From IMG/VR virus record IMGVR_UViG_3300031999_001882, positions 1 to 64,000 of that record: a stretch of 64,000 nucleotides of DNA. One strand, 5' to 3'. The DNA is from a virus. The translations under genes and the position numbers were made by a program. The notes beneath the pieces are model-generated. The model searched no databases and was not told the DNA's origin. It saw only the letters and a program-made list of their open reading frames with translations. This document shows, one piece after another, positions 35,668-44,758 of the stretch (the first letter of the stretch is position 1; each line of letters begins with the position of its first letter).

Positions 35668-36831
35668 CTAGAACGCTATCGTCAATACTTTGGAAGCCGC
35701 TCGGTCAATCGCCGTGCGTTCATCCGTAAACGTGCTCTGCTGACTAACTCTCGTCATCCCTTGGACAAGGCCCCATGCTGTGTTTGGAGCGCCATCAACA
35801 TCAACATTCTTCTCGGCCTCGTCATAGGACTGCTCAAGCAACTTGCGCGACGCGACTCTCATGCCGAACAATTTATCTAAGACCTCATCTTTCGTCGCGG
35901 CGATTTGATACCGCCGCGCCGAAGCGATTTGAGCTTCCAAATCACTCGCGGACGAATCAGCGTACCGCTTAACCTCAACAGCTAATTGCATCCATGCTTT
36001 TTCGCTGGCCGATCCGATGTGACGGATACGAATTTCATTCACATTTTTGGCTCCCCATAAAATGTGATTTCCGCACACCGACCGATACAGGAATGACGTG
36101 ATTGCTAGAGAACAATCGCCAACTTCTGAGTTTTCGACAAAGAACCCGCGAGACAGTCCTTCATCGGTTCCGTCATTGATTCGAGCGCTCTCGTTTATGA
36201 GAAACGCGAAACAATCTTTGTCGCTCGCGTACAGCCCGGCAGGAGCGATCAGATCGCCAACCTTGATTGACAGCGACGGATGCCCGGAAGCGTTCAGCAC
36301 GTCCGCCTCAGTCGCCGGGCGAGTGCCGGGCTGATTCGGGAATGCGGGCCGCGCCGGGGGTGTCCGCCACCCTTTCGGCTCCAAGTCCATCAGACGGCGC
36401 ACGATTTCGTGATTCCAAATGCGCTGATACTTCGGAGAGGTAATCGCCCGGAGTAGCAGGTCACCGTTTTGATGGAACATCAGCGAGGCAACGTCGCTCG
36501 CGTTTTCCTTATTGCTTCGTTCCTTGAGGCCGTAGTTGAGGTTCTGGACGGCGAGTGTGGCGGGTAGCTGACGAAGATAATCGGCAGGAGCGCCGATCAA
36601 CCGGGACATTTGCCCGAACGCCCAATGGGTGAGCCGGGCGAACTTCCCGGCCTTCCCTGTGAGCTGAACTTCCTGATCCACCGTTTCCACGCGAAGCTCG
36701 GAATACGGCACTTTTGAGGTCACCGCCGAGTCCGCATATTTCTTGCAGACCTGATACATTTCCTGCAACGACGAAAAGCGCTCGTCTGCTGGGCGAGTGC
36801 TCCATTGAGCTGAGGCTTTGAACAGTTCCAT
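35668..36831 (-). CDS. DUF932-like protein
   Basis: W..RP.DERF.SL, NSEVG......FL.R.VC.N, RHIG, TAWG.VQG.T. Confidence 0.7.
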   Translation of the reverse strand: MELFKASAQWSTRPADERFSSLQEMYQVCKKYADSAVTSKVPYSELRVETVDQEVQLTGKAGKFARLTHWAFGQMSRLIGAPADYLRQLPATLAVQNLNYGLKERSNKENASDVASLMFHQNGDLLLRAITSPKYQRIWNHEIVRRLMDLEPKGWRTPPARPAFPNQPGTRPATEADVLNASGHPSLSIKVGDLIAPAGLYASDKDCFAFLINESARINDGTDEGLSRGFFVENSEVGDCSLAITSFLYRSVCGNHILWGAKNVNEIRIRHIGSASEKAWMQLAVEVKRYADSSASDLEAQIASARRYQIAATKDEVLDKLFGMRVASRKLLEQSYDEAEKNVDVDGAPNTAWGLVQGMTRVSQQSTFTDERTAIDRAASKVLTIAF

Positions 36832-36894
36832 GATTTGCTCCTTTTAAGGTCCAACTGTGGGAAGTGCCCCGACCGTGGACCGATTTTGTCCTAC

Positions 36895-36933
36895 ATCTAA
36901 GGATACGTTTTGGTAGCCAAAGTGCGAACAACA
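36895..36933 (-). promoter_or_regulatory. duplicated early promoter, copy 1
   Basis: TTCGCA-N17-TATCCT. 37/39 identical to 38907-38945. Confidence 0.7.
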
Positions 36934-36966
36934 AAAACGAACCTATTTATAGAGGTGTTTTTAATG

Positions 36967-37572
36967 TCAGAAAAGACGCTTGGTGCTGTCAGCTACGCCA
37001 AGGGCAAAATTGACGATGGCTTCCGACTCGCCGCGCCGGGCAAGGAGCGCGAGCCGTTGATAGGTGGCAACGAGCGCCGCCCGCATGATGGTGTTGTCTG
37101 GCAAGGATGGGCGCTTAGCAAAGAGCGGATCGAGCCATGTCTGCAACCCCTTGTTGACGTGGATCGGCTCACCAACCTTGCGTTGGCCGTTCTTCTGAAT
37201 TATCTCGTAGGTGACCGCCCTGCGGCCTTCCGCGCCCCACGCGCAGATCAAAGCGCACTCTTGACGGTTCGGTTGACTGGCGGCGTGAGTTGCCATGCCA
37301 GACTCAAAATCGGTGGTTGAAACGTCAGCCGTCCAGATTTCGGTGACCGTATCCACCCCGGTGATTTCGTCCATCGCCAGACCTGCAAGAATCATGTCGT
37401 GCGAGAACATTCTGAGCGCCATGTTTACCCGGTCATTGGCCCCTTGAAGCGGCAGGGCGATGCAATAGTTATCCCCATAGATGAACACCGCCGGGATCAT
37501 GTCATGCCCGGCGTGAATGATTCGTTTAGCGTGTTGAAGCCCTTGATGGAAAATTTCTTTGGTTGGTTTCAC
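36967..37572 (-). CDS. hypothetical protein
   Basis: SD GGGAG; clean ORF. Confidence 0.6.
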   Translation of the reverse strand: MKPTKEIFHQGLQHAKRIIHAGHDMIPAVFIYGDNYCIALPLQGANDRVNMALRMFSHDMILAGLAMDEITGVDTVTEIWTADVSTTDFESGMATHAASQPNRQECALICAWGAEGRRAVTYEIIQKNGQRKVGEPIHVNKGLQTWLDPLFAKRPSLPDNTIMRAALVATYQRLALLARRGESEAIVNFALGVADSTKRLF

Positions 37573-37581
37573 AGCTTCTCC

Positions 37582-38259
37582 CTACTCTATATGATTGCTG
37601 TTTATAACCTCGGATGGCAATTCCGCCCGCGCCACCCGGACTGCCATCGCTCGCTCGCGTGCTCCTAGCGACCGCCGGGCACTCTTGAGTAGCGTCTGGA
37701 ACCGCTTGATCCGGCTTTCGAGCCGCTTAATCCTGAGCCGGGCCTGTTCGATCTTGTGCTCCGGGGATTGCCGCCGGGCCTTGGCCTGTTCCTGTCGCTC
37801 GAACTTCTTGCGGCCTCGCTCAAAGTCCTTGTGCATCTTGGCCTTGGTCGCTATAACCTCGGCCTCTGCCTCGGCCATCGCCTTCTCAATGTGCATCTGC
37901 CGGGACTCGACGTAGACCTTGATGACCGCCCGTTTGAAGGTGAACTCATGCCCGTTCTTCCACGGTCGCCCGGCGTTCTTCTCGGCATATTGAAAGATGT
38001 TGAAGTTCACCAAATGCGCGATTTCATGGTAGATGATGCCGAGCGGACAGTTATCGTGTGAGAATGGAAGCTGTATCGAACTGCCGCCCCACGCCCTGCC
38101 GCCGCCGTTACGCCTGTTCTGATAGACGTTCAAGTGTCTGATCCCGAACTTCCGAGCAAGCGCCTTCGCCAGAGGCACGCGAAGCTCCGAGCGAATAAGT
38201 GTTTTCTGCTCCTCTGGAAACTTATCCCATTCCCATTGGTAAACTTTGAGTCGAGCCAT
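37582..38259 (-). CDS. HEXXH zincin-like (SprT-like) protein with coiled-coil tail
   Basis: IIYHEIAH...GH..TFK. Confidence 0.65.
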   Translation of the reverse strand: MARLKVYQWEWDKFPEEQKTLIRSELRVPLAKALARKFGIRHLNVYQNRRNGGGRAWGGSSIQLPFSHDNCPLGIIYHEIAHLVNFNIFQYAEKNAGRPWKNGHEFTFKRAVIKVYVESRQMHIEKAMAEAEAEVIATKAKMHKDFERGRKKFERQEQAKARRQSPEHKIEQARLRIKRLESRIKRFQTLLKSARRSLGARERAMAVRVARAELPSEVINSNHIE

Positions 38260-38270
38260 GTCGCACCCCC

Positions 38271-38660
38271 TTAGACCTGATCCATTCCAGAGGCTTGAAT
38301 CTCATCTTCCATCGTGACCGTCCATTCCTTGTTGCACTTGCCACAGCGCACCGTCACATCGAGCGTCGCGCCGTAGAACGTCTTGGTTCCGCGCCCCTTG
38401 CCTTCGATCCGCACCGACCGCTCGGACCCGGCTTCCTCGGCCTCAAGCTCCCGGTCCTCTGGTTTGCAGGAACAGGGTATGGTGTCGGCCTCGCCGTCCA
38501 TGCTCAAGGTCGCTTCGGTCAGGTCCGTGCCGCACTCCGCACAGGCATTGACGATCCGAACCTCGGCATTAACATGGCCTTCGTCATCGACTTCGACAGA
38601 CTCTACTTCGGGTTCGTTCTCCTCGTTGCCGACAAACTTATTGCAGTCCGGGCATCGCAT
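38271..38660 (-). CDS. acidic Cys-rich (zinc-binding) protein
   Basis: CPDC, CAEC, CSC, CGKC. Very Asp/Glu-rich. Confidence 0.7.
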   Translation of the reverse strand: MRCPDCNKFVGNEENEPEVESVEVDDEGHVNAEVRIVNACAECGTDLTEATLSMDGEADTIPCSCKPEDRELEAEEAGSERSVRIEGKGRGTKTFYGATLDVTVRCGKCNKEWTVTMEDEIQASGMDQV

Positions 38661-38675
38661 GGTTATCGCTCCTTA

Positions 38676-38870
38676 TTAAGTTTTTCGCCGTCTCTCGAAA
38701 AACAGACTGGCGATGCAGTTCGTCGCCGTCATAAATTCCCTCTGCGCTTTGATCGCGTCCCTCATTGCCTTTTTCAAGTCGCCCTTCTCGCATTCATCCT
38801 CGGCTTGAGCCAAAATCATCTTGGCAAGCTTCTGAGACGCGAGATAGGTGCTGAAACGATTGATTGCCAT
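38676..38870 (-). CDS. hypothetical protein
   Basis: First ORF after promoter copy 2. SD GGAG. Confidence 0.55.
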   Translation of the reverse strand: MAINRFSTYLASQKLAKMILAQAEDECEKGDLKKAMRDAIKAQREFMTATNCIASLFFERRRKT

Positions 38871-38906
38871 TGGTTCTCCTTTCCGTAATTGGACGCATTA
38901 CTCCTT

Positions 38907-38945
38907 ATCTAAGGATACGTTTTGATCGCCAAAGTGCGAACAACA
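38907..38945 (-). promoter_or_regulatory. duplicated early promoter, copy 2
   Basis: TTCGCA-N17-TATCCT. Confidence 0.7.
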
Positions 38946-38992
38946 TTTCATATCTACAAATCATAATGTTTTTAACACGCTATCTTAACAGG

Positions 38993-39021
38993 TTGTCAAA
39001 TCTGAAAAAAGAATATACCAT
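38993..39021 (+). promoter_or_regulatory. sigma70-like promoter for the plus-strand helicase block
   Basis: TTGTCA-N17-TACCAT upstream of the AAGGAG SD. Confidence 0.55.
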
Positions 39022-39045
39022 GATTCACCCCCGAAGGAGCCAAGC

Positions 39046-40719
39046 TTGATTGCTGAACTGTCGCCAAACGATGACTGGTCATTTCATATCCGCTTCGCCT
39101 ATAACCCTGCCATTGTTGATGCCATGCGCGGCACGCCCGGCTGTTCATGGTCCAAAGTTTCTCGGAGTTGGATCGGGCGCTACATTTACCACGACATGAC
39201 CGTAGCGATGCTCAAAAAAAAAGAATTGGAGATTGTCGAGAAGCCCGGCGTACAAACCGGACTCCAAGCATTCAAAGAACGCGAGCAAGAGCTGGAAAAC
39301 GCCAAGAAGCTGGACGGTAGCACCTGCATGGCGCTGACCAATGTCCCGCTCGACCCGCATCAAGCCGTCGGCTCCGCTTTTTTGATCGTCGGAGAGCGAG
39401 TGCTTCTAGCCGATGCCGTAGGTCTGCAAAAAACTGCGACCGCGATCAACGCCTGTCTTGTCCTCAAAAAACTCCGAAGCATCCGCAAAGTCCTGTACGT
39501 CACCCTTAAATCCTGCGTCTGGCAGGTACGCGATGAGATTCACCGATTCTCTAACGAGAGCGCAATGGTCATGGATGGCGTGCGCGATGAGCGCGAACAC
39601 ATTTTTGAGCGGTGGATGAGCGGCCCGGATATGTTCTTGGTCGTCAACTACGAGGCAATCTTCCATTATCAAGAGTGTTTCAACCGGGCCATGCCGGATG
39701 TCATCATCGCCGACGAAGTTTCGCGCACGAAGTCGTGGTCATCTCAGACCGCCAAAGGACTCCGCAAGGTAAAGTCCCGATATTTCTGGGCGATGGGAGC
39801 TACGCCGCTTGAAAACAATTTTGACGAGGTGTTCAACATCCTGCGGATCGTCAACCCGGAACTGCTCGGCAATCTCACCAATTTCAAAAACTACTACGCG
39901 AAGATCGGCTATTGGGGAGAGATTCGCGGCTGGCACGCTGAGCGAATCAAAGATTTTATTCAGCGCATTCAACCCTATATCTTCAAAAGGACAAACCAAG
40001 ACATCGGACGAGAAGAACCAAAAACTGAGATCAAGCATCATTGGCTTGAAATGTCAGAGGAACAAAAAAGAGTCTATAACGATCTCAAGACTCAATCAAA
40101 ACAAAAAATATCCGTCGGAGGGTTGTCATATAGCATGGCAATCACCGTGTTGATGAAGCTCCGCGAAACGTGCGACTTCGCTGATCTTGGCGATGATACA
40201 GCTTCCGGGGCCAGCGTCAAGCTTGATGAGCTGGTTAAGATCGTGAGAGAAGCGCCAGAGGACGACCGAGTAATTATTTTTACTCAATGGGAACGCGCCG
40301 CCGAGAGAATCCGCGACCGTCTGAGTCGAGAAAATATCTCTCACGTTGTTGTCTCAGGAAAGATCAAAGGACAAAAGCGCAAAGCCGTCGTCCATGATTT
40401 TCAGACCCTCCCAATTCGCGCACTCGTAGCCACCGATTGTCTGAGCTATGGAATGAATTTACAGGCCGCTAACCGAATGATCCTGTTTGAACCTGTTTAC
40501 ACCGCCTCAAGAACGAACCAGAGAGTTGGCCGGATTCGCCGCCACGGTCAAACTAGACCCATCACGATTCACAATCTTCTTTGCAAAAATACCGTCGAAG
40601 AAAAAATAATTCAGATTCTTGCTCGAAAGCAGGGATATGCCAATTTGCTTTTTGATCCTCTTGGAAAAAACGTCAAGCTCACTATGGACAACTTGAAGTC
40701 CATCATTCTCGGTGCGTAG
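39046..40719 (+). CDS. SNF2-family helicase/ATPase
   Basis: N-terminal HARP-like segment, LLADAVGLQKT, IIADE, ATPLEN, IIFTQW, GMNLQAA, Q..GRI.R.GQ. Confidence 0.9.
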   Translation: MIAELSPNDDWSFHIRFAYNPAIVDAMRGTPGCSWSKVSRSWIGRYIYHDMTVAMLKKKELEIVEKPGVQTGLQAFKEREQELENAKKLDGSTCMALTNVPLDPHQAVGSAFLIVGERVLLADAVGLQKTATAINACLVLKKLRSIRKVLYVTLKSCVWQVRDEIHRFSNESAMVMDGVRDEREHIFERWMSGPDMFLVVNYEAIFHYQECFNRAMPDVIIADEVSRTKSWSSQTAKGLRKVKSRYFWAMGATPLENNFDEVFNILRIVNPELLGNLTNFKNYYAKIGYWGEIRGWHAERIKDFIQRIQPYIFKRTNQDIGREEPKTEIKHHWLEMSEEQKRVYNDLKTQSKQKISVGGLSYSMAITVLMKLRETCDFADLGDDTASGASVKLDELVKIVREAPEDDRVIIFTQWERAAERIRDRLSRENISHVVVSGKIKGQKRKAVVHDFQTLPIRALVATDCLSYGMNLQAANRMILFEPVYTASRTNQRVGRIRRHGQTRPITIHNLLCKNTVEEKIIQILARKQGYANLLFDPLGKNVKLTMDNLKSIILGA

Positions 40720-41389
40720 CATCGTCAAGATCGGTGACCGCTATGGTCGCTTAACAGTCTTGTCCTTCTATGGGAAAGACGCTCATGGCAATCGCTCATG
40801 GAGGTGTCTCTGTCAATGCGGAAATCAATGGATCGTAAGTCAGGGAAATATCCGATCAGGAAAAGCGCAGTCCTGCGGATGCTATCGCAGAGAAAAAACT
40901 GCCAAGAAAAATAGGACTCATGGGTGTGCTGGGCGGGGGAAACCAACTCCTGAATATCGCGCATGGCACGGAATGATGCAACGATGCTATTACAAAAAAT
41001 CAGTAAGCTATCGCCGATATGGGGCCAAAGGAATCAAGGTTCATCCATGCTGGCATGATTTCGTCGGATTTCTGTCTTATCTACAAAAATCAATAGGCCG
41101 CCGCCCAAATAACAGCATGACCTTAGATCGAATCAATAATCGCCAAGGATATGAGCCGGGGAACATTCGCTGGGCCAGCCGTCATCTGCAACGGATCAAT
41201 CAGTCAGCTCATCGTCTAAGAAAAATAACCTACAAAGGCAAGGCGTTGATACTCAAGGATTGGGCTTTGAAGCTTGGAATAAATTATAGTAGCCTCTATT
41301 CTCGACTGTCGCGTGGCTGGTCAGTCAAAGATGCCTTTTCTTTTCCGAAGCTCCATCCTCACGAATTTGTCTATTGGAAGGCCAAATGA
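40712..41389 (+). CDS. HNH homing endonuclease
   Basis: CLCQCG, SCGC, YGAKGIKV, TLDRINN..GYEPGNIRWA. Confidence 0.9.
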   Translation: MRSIVKIGDRYGRLTVLSFYGKDAHGNRSWRCLCQCGNQWIVSQGNIRSGKAQSCGCYRREKTAKKNRTHGCAGRGKPTPEYRAWHGMMQRCYYKKSVSYRRYGAKGIKVHPCWHDFVGFLSYLQKSIGRRPNNSMTLDRINNRQGYEPGNIRWASRHLQRINQSAHRLRKITYKGKALILKDWALKLGINYSSLYSRLSRGWSVKDAFSFPKLHPHEFVYWKAK

Positions 41390-41616
41390 CCCGCAAATGC
41401 TGTGGCCGGAAGCGGTGTCCCGGCAATCTCAAGTTCGGCAATACCAAGTGCCCTAAGTGCGGTCATTGGTGGCTTCGAGATTCTGTCGTGGGCGGATGCC
41501 CGATGTGCCATAACCAGAGAAGCCAAGTTATGACCGAGATGGGATTCCAACACGTTCACACCCGCGCCGACGGCGCATGGATTTATGCAATCACAACGAC
41601 AACCGAATCCCGATAA
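41386..41616 (+). CDS. Cys-rich zinc-finger protein
   Basis: CPKC, CPMC. ATGA overlap. Confidence 0.5.
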   Translation: MTRKCCGRKRCPGNLKFGNTKCPKCGHWWLRDSVVGGCPMCHNQRSQVMTEMGFQHVHTRADGAWIYAITTTTESR

Positions 41617-41841
41617 GGAGAACAAAATGTTTAAGATGACGTATCTCCGCATTGCCTCTCACAAAAATTTCAGGACCAACGCTATCGACACTCAGCGTTT
41701 TGGAGCTGAAATCGACATTGACGTAGAAGGACTGGACAAAGTTGCCAAGCTCACGAAGATGCAGGCCGCCGCTTACGACCTGTCCTGCGCTGGAAGTATG
41801 ATGCTCAAAGAAATGCTCTTGGCCGAGGAAAGCAACCAGCG

Positions 41842-42642
41842 ATGAGCGATTACTCCAAAATTCTTTCCGTCGAGAAAACGATCATCATGCGGCAATGCCG
41901 GGAATGCTCCAAGCGCGGCGATCTCATTCGAGACTGCGCCAAAAATTGCTACGAGCATTACGCCTCCTACGTTCATATGGCCTATGCCAACATCCATCGT
42001 GAACTGTGGGATTTGGAGCTGAGCGACTTTAATACCGGGAGCAAGCACGCTGACGAAAGCAAGGCTCGCGGCGAAGTGCTCAAGACTGTTCAGCTCTATG
42101 TGGATCATCTCAACAACGCCTACGAAAGAGGGCTGGGTCTGGTTTTGTACGGCCCGCACGGAACAGGCAAAAGTATGCTCATGGCCTGCATCATCAAAGC
42201 GGCGCTGAAATCGGGCAAGAAAGCCATCATAAGGGATTTCGCAGACATCGTAAACATCATCCGCAAAGGCTATCGCATTGACGAGGAAGCGGTCGATCTG
42301 GACCGGGAGTTCGAGGACACGGACTTCTACTGCGTGGAAAACTTCGGGATCAATCAATTCCTTCAAGCTGTCGATAAAAACGCCGTGCCAACCACATTCC
42401 GAGGCCCGGACTATATCACCCGCGAAATTGCCCGACTGTTCGATAAGCGCCGCCGCATCATGCTTCCCTCGCTCATCACAACCTACTTCAATCTTGATGT
42501 TCTAGCCAAGGCGCAGGATGATGAAGGCCGTCAGCTTTTGAGCACGTTCTACGGCAAGAGCGAGAACCTTTTTGTTCCCGGCGATGACTACCGAAAAAGC
42601 GTTATGAAGCATTCTTGGAAAAAAAACCTCGTCGCTAAATGA
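41842..42642 (+). CDS. DnaC/IstB-like AAA+ ATPase (helicase loader-like)
   Basis: N-terminal Cys cluster, GLVLYGPHGTGKS, LITT, G.DYR. Walker B degenerate. Confidence 0.75.
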   Translation: MSDYSKILSVEKTIIMRQCRECSKRGDLIRDCAKNCYEHYASYVHMAYANIHRELWDLELSDFNTGSKHADESKARGEVLKTVQLYVDHLNNAYERGLGLVLYGPHGTGKSMLMACIIKAALKSGKKAIIRDFADIVNIIRKGYRIDEEAVDLDREFEDTDFYCVENFGINQFLQAVDKNAVPTTFRGPDYITREIARLFDKRRRIMLPSLITTYFNLDVLAKAQDDEGRQLLSTFYGKSENLFVPGDDYRKSVMKHSWKKNLVAK

Positions 42643-43040
42643 GAACGCCGCTCTGGAAGTCCATCAAGGATTTTCCCGGCTATTCCATCAGCAAATACGG
42701 CGAAGTCAGCAAAATCAAGCGAAGGTTTGGCGGCGGCATGAGCCGCCGTATTCTCAAACCCATTCCAGATCAGGGCTTTGTCCGGTACAGACTCTACCGT
42801 AAGGGGAAAGACCATTTTGTTTTTGCCAATAATCTCGTCGCCGAAGCTTATCTGCCGGAGCCACAGGACGAGCGCCGTTTGTTCAAAGTCGAGCACATTA
42901 ACGGGGATTTCAAAAACAACTTCTATCGCAATCTAAGGTATGTGTACGTCGGAGCAAGAGAGAAAGACGCGCAAGCCGTATGGATAGCCTTACAAAAAAA
43001 GCGCCTTGAGCGCGACTACCGCATCAAAATCGAAACGTGA
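42639..43040 (+). CDS. NUMOD4/HNH endonuclease-like protein
   Basis: WKSI..FPGYSISKYG.V, LVAEAYLP, VEHINGD.KNN...NL. Confidence 0.75.
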   Translation: MRTPLWKSIKDFPGYSISKYGEVSKIKRRFGGGMSRRILKPIPDQGFVRYRLYRKGKDHFVFANNLVAEAYLPEPQDERRLFKVEHINGDFKNNFYRNLRYVYVGAREKDAQAVWIALQKKRLERDYRIKIET

Positions 43041-43124
43041 TCCACAATCCGTACTGCCGCTTACCGTTCTCGTCGTATTTCACGACGGAGATCGACGGTA
43101 AGCGGCAGAGACGGCTAAACCAGC

Positions 43125-43568
43125 TTAACTTGGCTTCGCTGGGGTCGGTTCGATGTTCGACAGATCGCGGCTCAAAGTCATGGCCGCCGCCAGAACTGCC
43201 GCCGATACCATCACCCATTTTTCATTTACCCCGCCCTGTTGCAGAGCCAGAACGCCGTTATTGAGTTGTCCCATAATACCCATCCAGACTTCGGTGGATT
43301 GCCATGTCGGACGTGAACTCATGTCATCGGCCTTGTTTAATCCGCGCAGGACGTTGTAGACGGTCACCAGAGCGGTATTGATGAGCAAGGCATACTCTGG
43401 GGGCAGAAACCCCTGCACCGAAGCCGCCAGCGAACCGAGCGACCCGAACAACGTCACCCAGAACGAGACGGTTTTCCATCCACGCGCCACTCCCTTCAAC
43501 TCGCCAACCACTTCGGCGACGGGCTTTTGCACCTTCATTATCAGTTTGATCTTGTCAATTATGCTCAT
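43125..43568 (-). CDS. holin-like membrane protein
   Basis: Several TM segments, duplicated WK(T/S)..(F/V)W motif, located near the endolysin. Confidence 0.6.
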   Translation of the reverse strand: MSIIDKIKLIMKVQKPVAEVVGELKGVARGWKTVSFWVTLFGSLGSLAASVQGFLPPEYALLINTALVTVYNVLRGLNKADDMSSRPTWQSTEVWMGIMGQLNNGVLALQQGGVNEKWVMVSAAVLAAAMTLSRDLSNIEPTPAKPS

Positions 43569-43879
43569 GCCATCCTCCTTGGACTGTAGAGTATCCTGAT
43601 CCCTCGTATATAGTCATTTCGGCGAAAACGCAAGGAAATATCTGGACAAAAAAGCTCTCCGATCTTATACGGAGCCATGCCGCATAACTTGGCTCTCTCG
43701 TAAGCATTCAGCCAGACGTTTTTAACTTCGGTGTTGTGAAGCTGATCGGAGGTCTGTATTTCCCAGATCAACGATTCCCAAGCTTCTGGGTCCAACAAGA
43801 TAACTTCTGGCTTAACATTTGGCGGCAAGTTCCGAAGTTCATGCTCTATTAGAGATGCAACCAGCACGCGATTGTTCAT
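43565..43879 (-). CDS. hypothetical protein
   Basis: ORF between endolysin and holin. Confidence 0.55.
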   Translation of the reverse strand: MNNRVLVASLIEHELRNLPPNVKPEVILLDPEAWESLIWEIQTSDQLHNTEVKNVWLNAYERAKLCGMAPYKIGELFCPDISLRFRRNDYIRGIRILYSPRRMA

Positions 43880-43888
43880 GGCCTTTTC

Positions 43889-44608
43889 TCATACGAGTGC
43901 GCTGTCCATCTTCTCACGGACCATCGCCAGCGCAGTAACCGTCTTATAGACATTGGTCGTCGCGGTGACATAGCTGGGGTCCGTAGCCCATTGAAACTTG
44001 CCGGACATCAGCCCTTGGAAGTATTTTTCTGGAACATTACGCCAGCTATAGGCCGCCGGATACATCTGCTGAATTTTGCTGGCATAAAAGACCAGCGCTT
44101 CATCAGTTGAATCCCAATCGGCGAACTTCCGGGTAACCGCAATGCGAATAAGGATAGTGTCTTTGGCGTTCTCGGCAATCTCAAACTTGGTTCCGGCAGG
44201 CCATTCCTTCTTGGCGGCTACCAGCGCATCATTGACGTTCATCCCTTTGAAGCGATAGAACTCATGGGTCTGAACATCTTTGACCATCCCGGTCCAGCCT
44301 TTTGGGAGCGTGATGCCAAAATAGTTGTTCAGGCCAACCATGTGCTTAAAGCCTCCCGTTTCATGCCACGCATGAGCCAACACAATATACGGATCAAACC
44401 CGCGCAGGCGAAGCACCGGAAGCGCGGTCACAAAGCGGTCGAGCGGCGTTGGAGCGCTAAGCGGTGGCGGCGGCGAGATCGGAGAGGGTGTCGGTAAAAC
44501 CGTCGGCGCAGGCGTAGGTGCTGGCTGAGGTGTCGGGACAGATGATGGTAAAGATTGGGGTGATCGTCGAAACAGATTTAGGATGGCTTGCAGGATTGCT
44601 TTGACCAT
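43889..44608 (-). CDS. endolysin, GH73 (FlgJ/glucosaminidase-like) with N-terminal Pro/Thr linker
   Basis: LAHAWHETG, NNYFGI, WATDPSY. SD GAGG before MVKAIL. Confidence 0.8.
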   Translation of the reverse strand: MVKAILQAILNLFRRSPQSLPSSVPTPQPAPTPAPTVLPTPSPISPPPPLSAPTPLDRFVTALPVLRLRGFDPYIVLAHAWHETGGFKHMVGLNNYFGITLPKGWTGMVKDVQTHEFYRFKGMNVNDALVAAKKEWPAGTKFEIAENAKDTILIRIAVTRKFADWDSTDEALVFYASKIQQMYPAAYSWRNVPEKYFQGLMSGKFQWATDPSYVTATTNVYKTVTALAMVREKMDSALV

Positions 44609-44758
44609 AGTATTTAACCTCTGAATAGCCGCATTCGCACAACAGGTCGTAACCAACCACAAAAGCGGGCCACTCTATTTTTGTCAGCTTGCTCTTGCAC
44701 AAAGGGCACATGGTCCGCCCTAATTCTGTGGTCTGCCAGCTAAAGTTTCAACCAATTC

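Noticed and set aside
39046-43040. Invertible segment explaining the plus-strand block
   Set aside because: I saw no flanking inverted repeats or recombinase. A divergent promoter explains the orientation.
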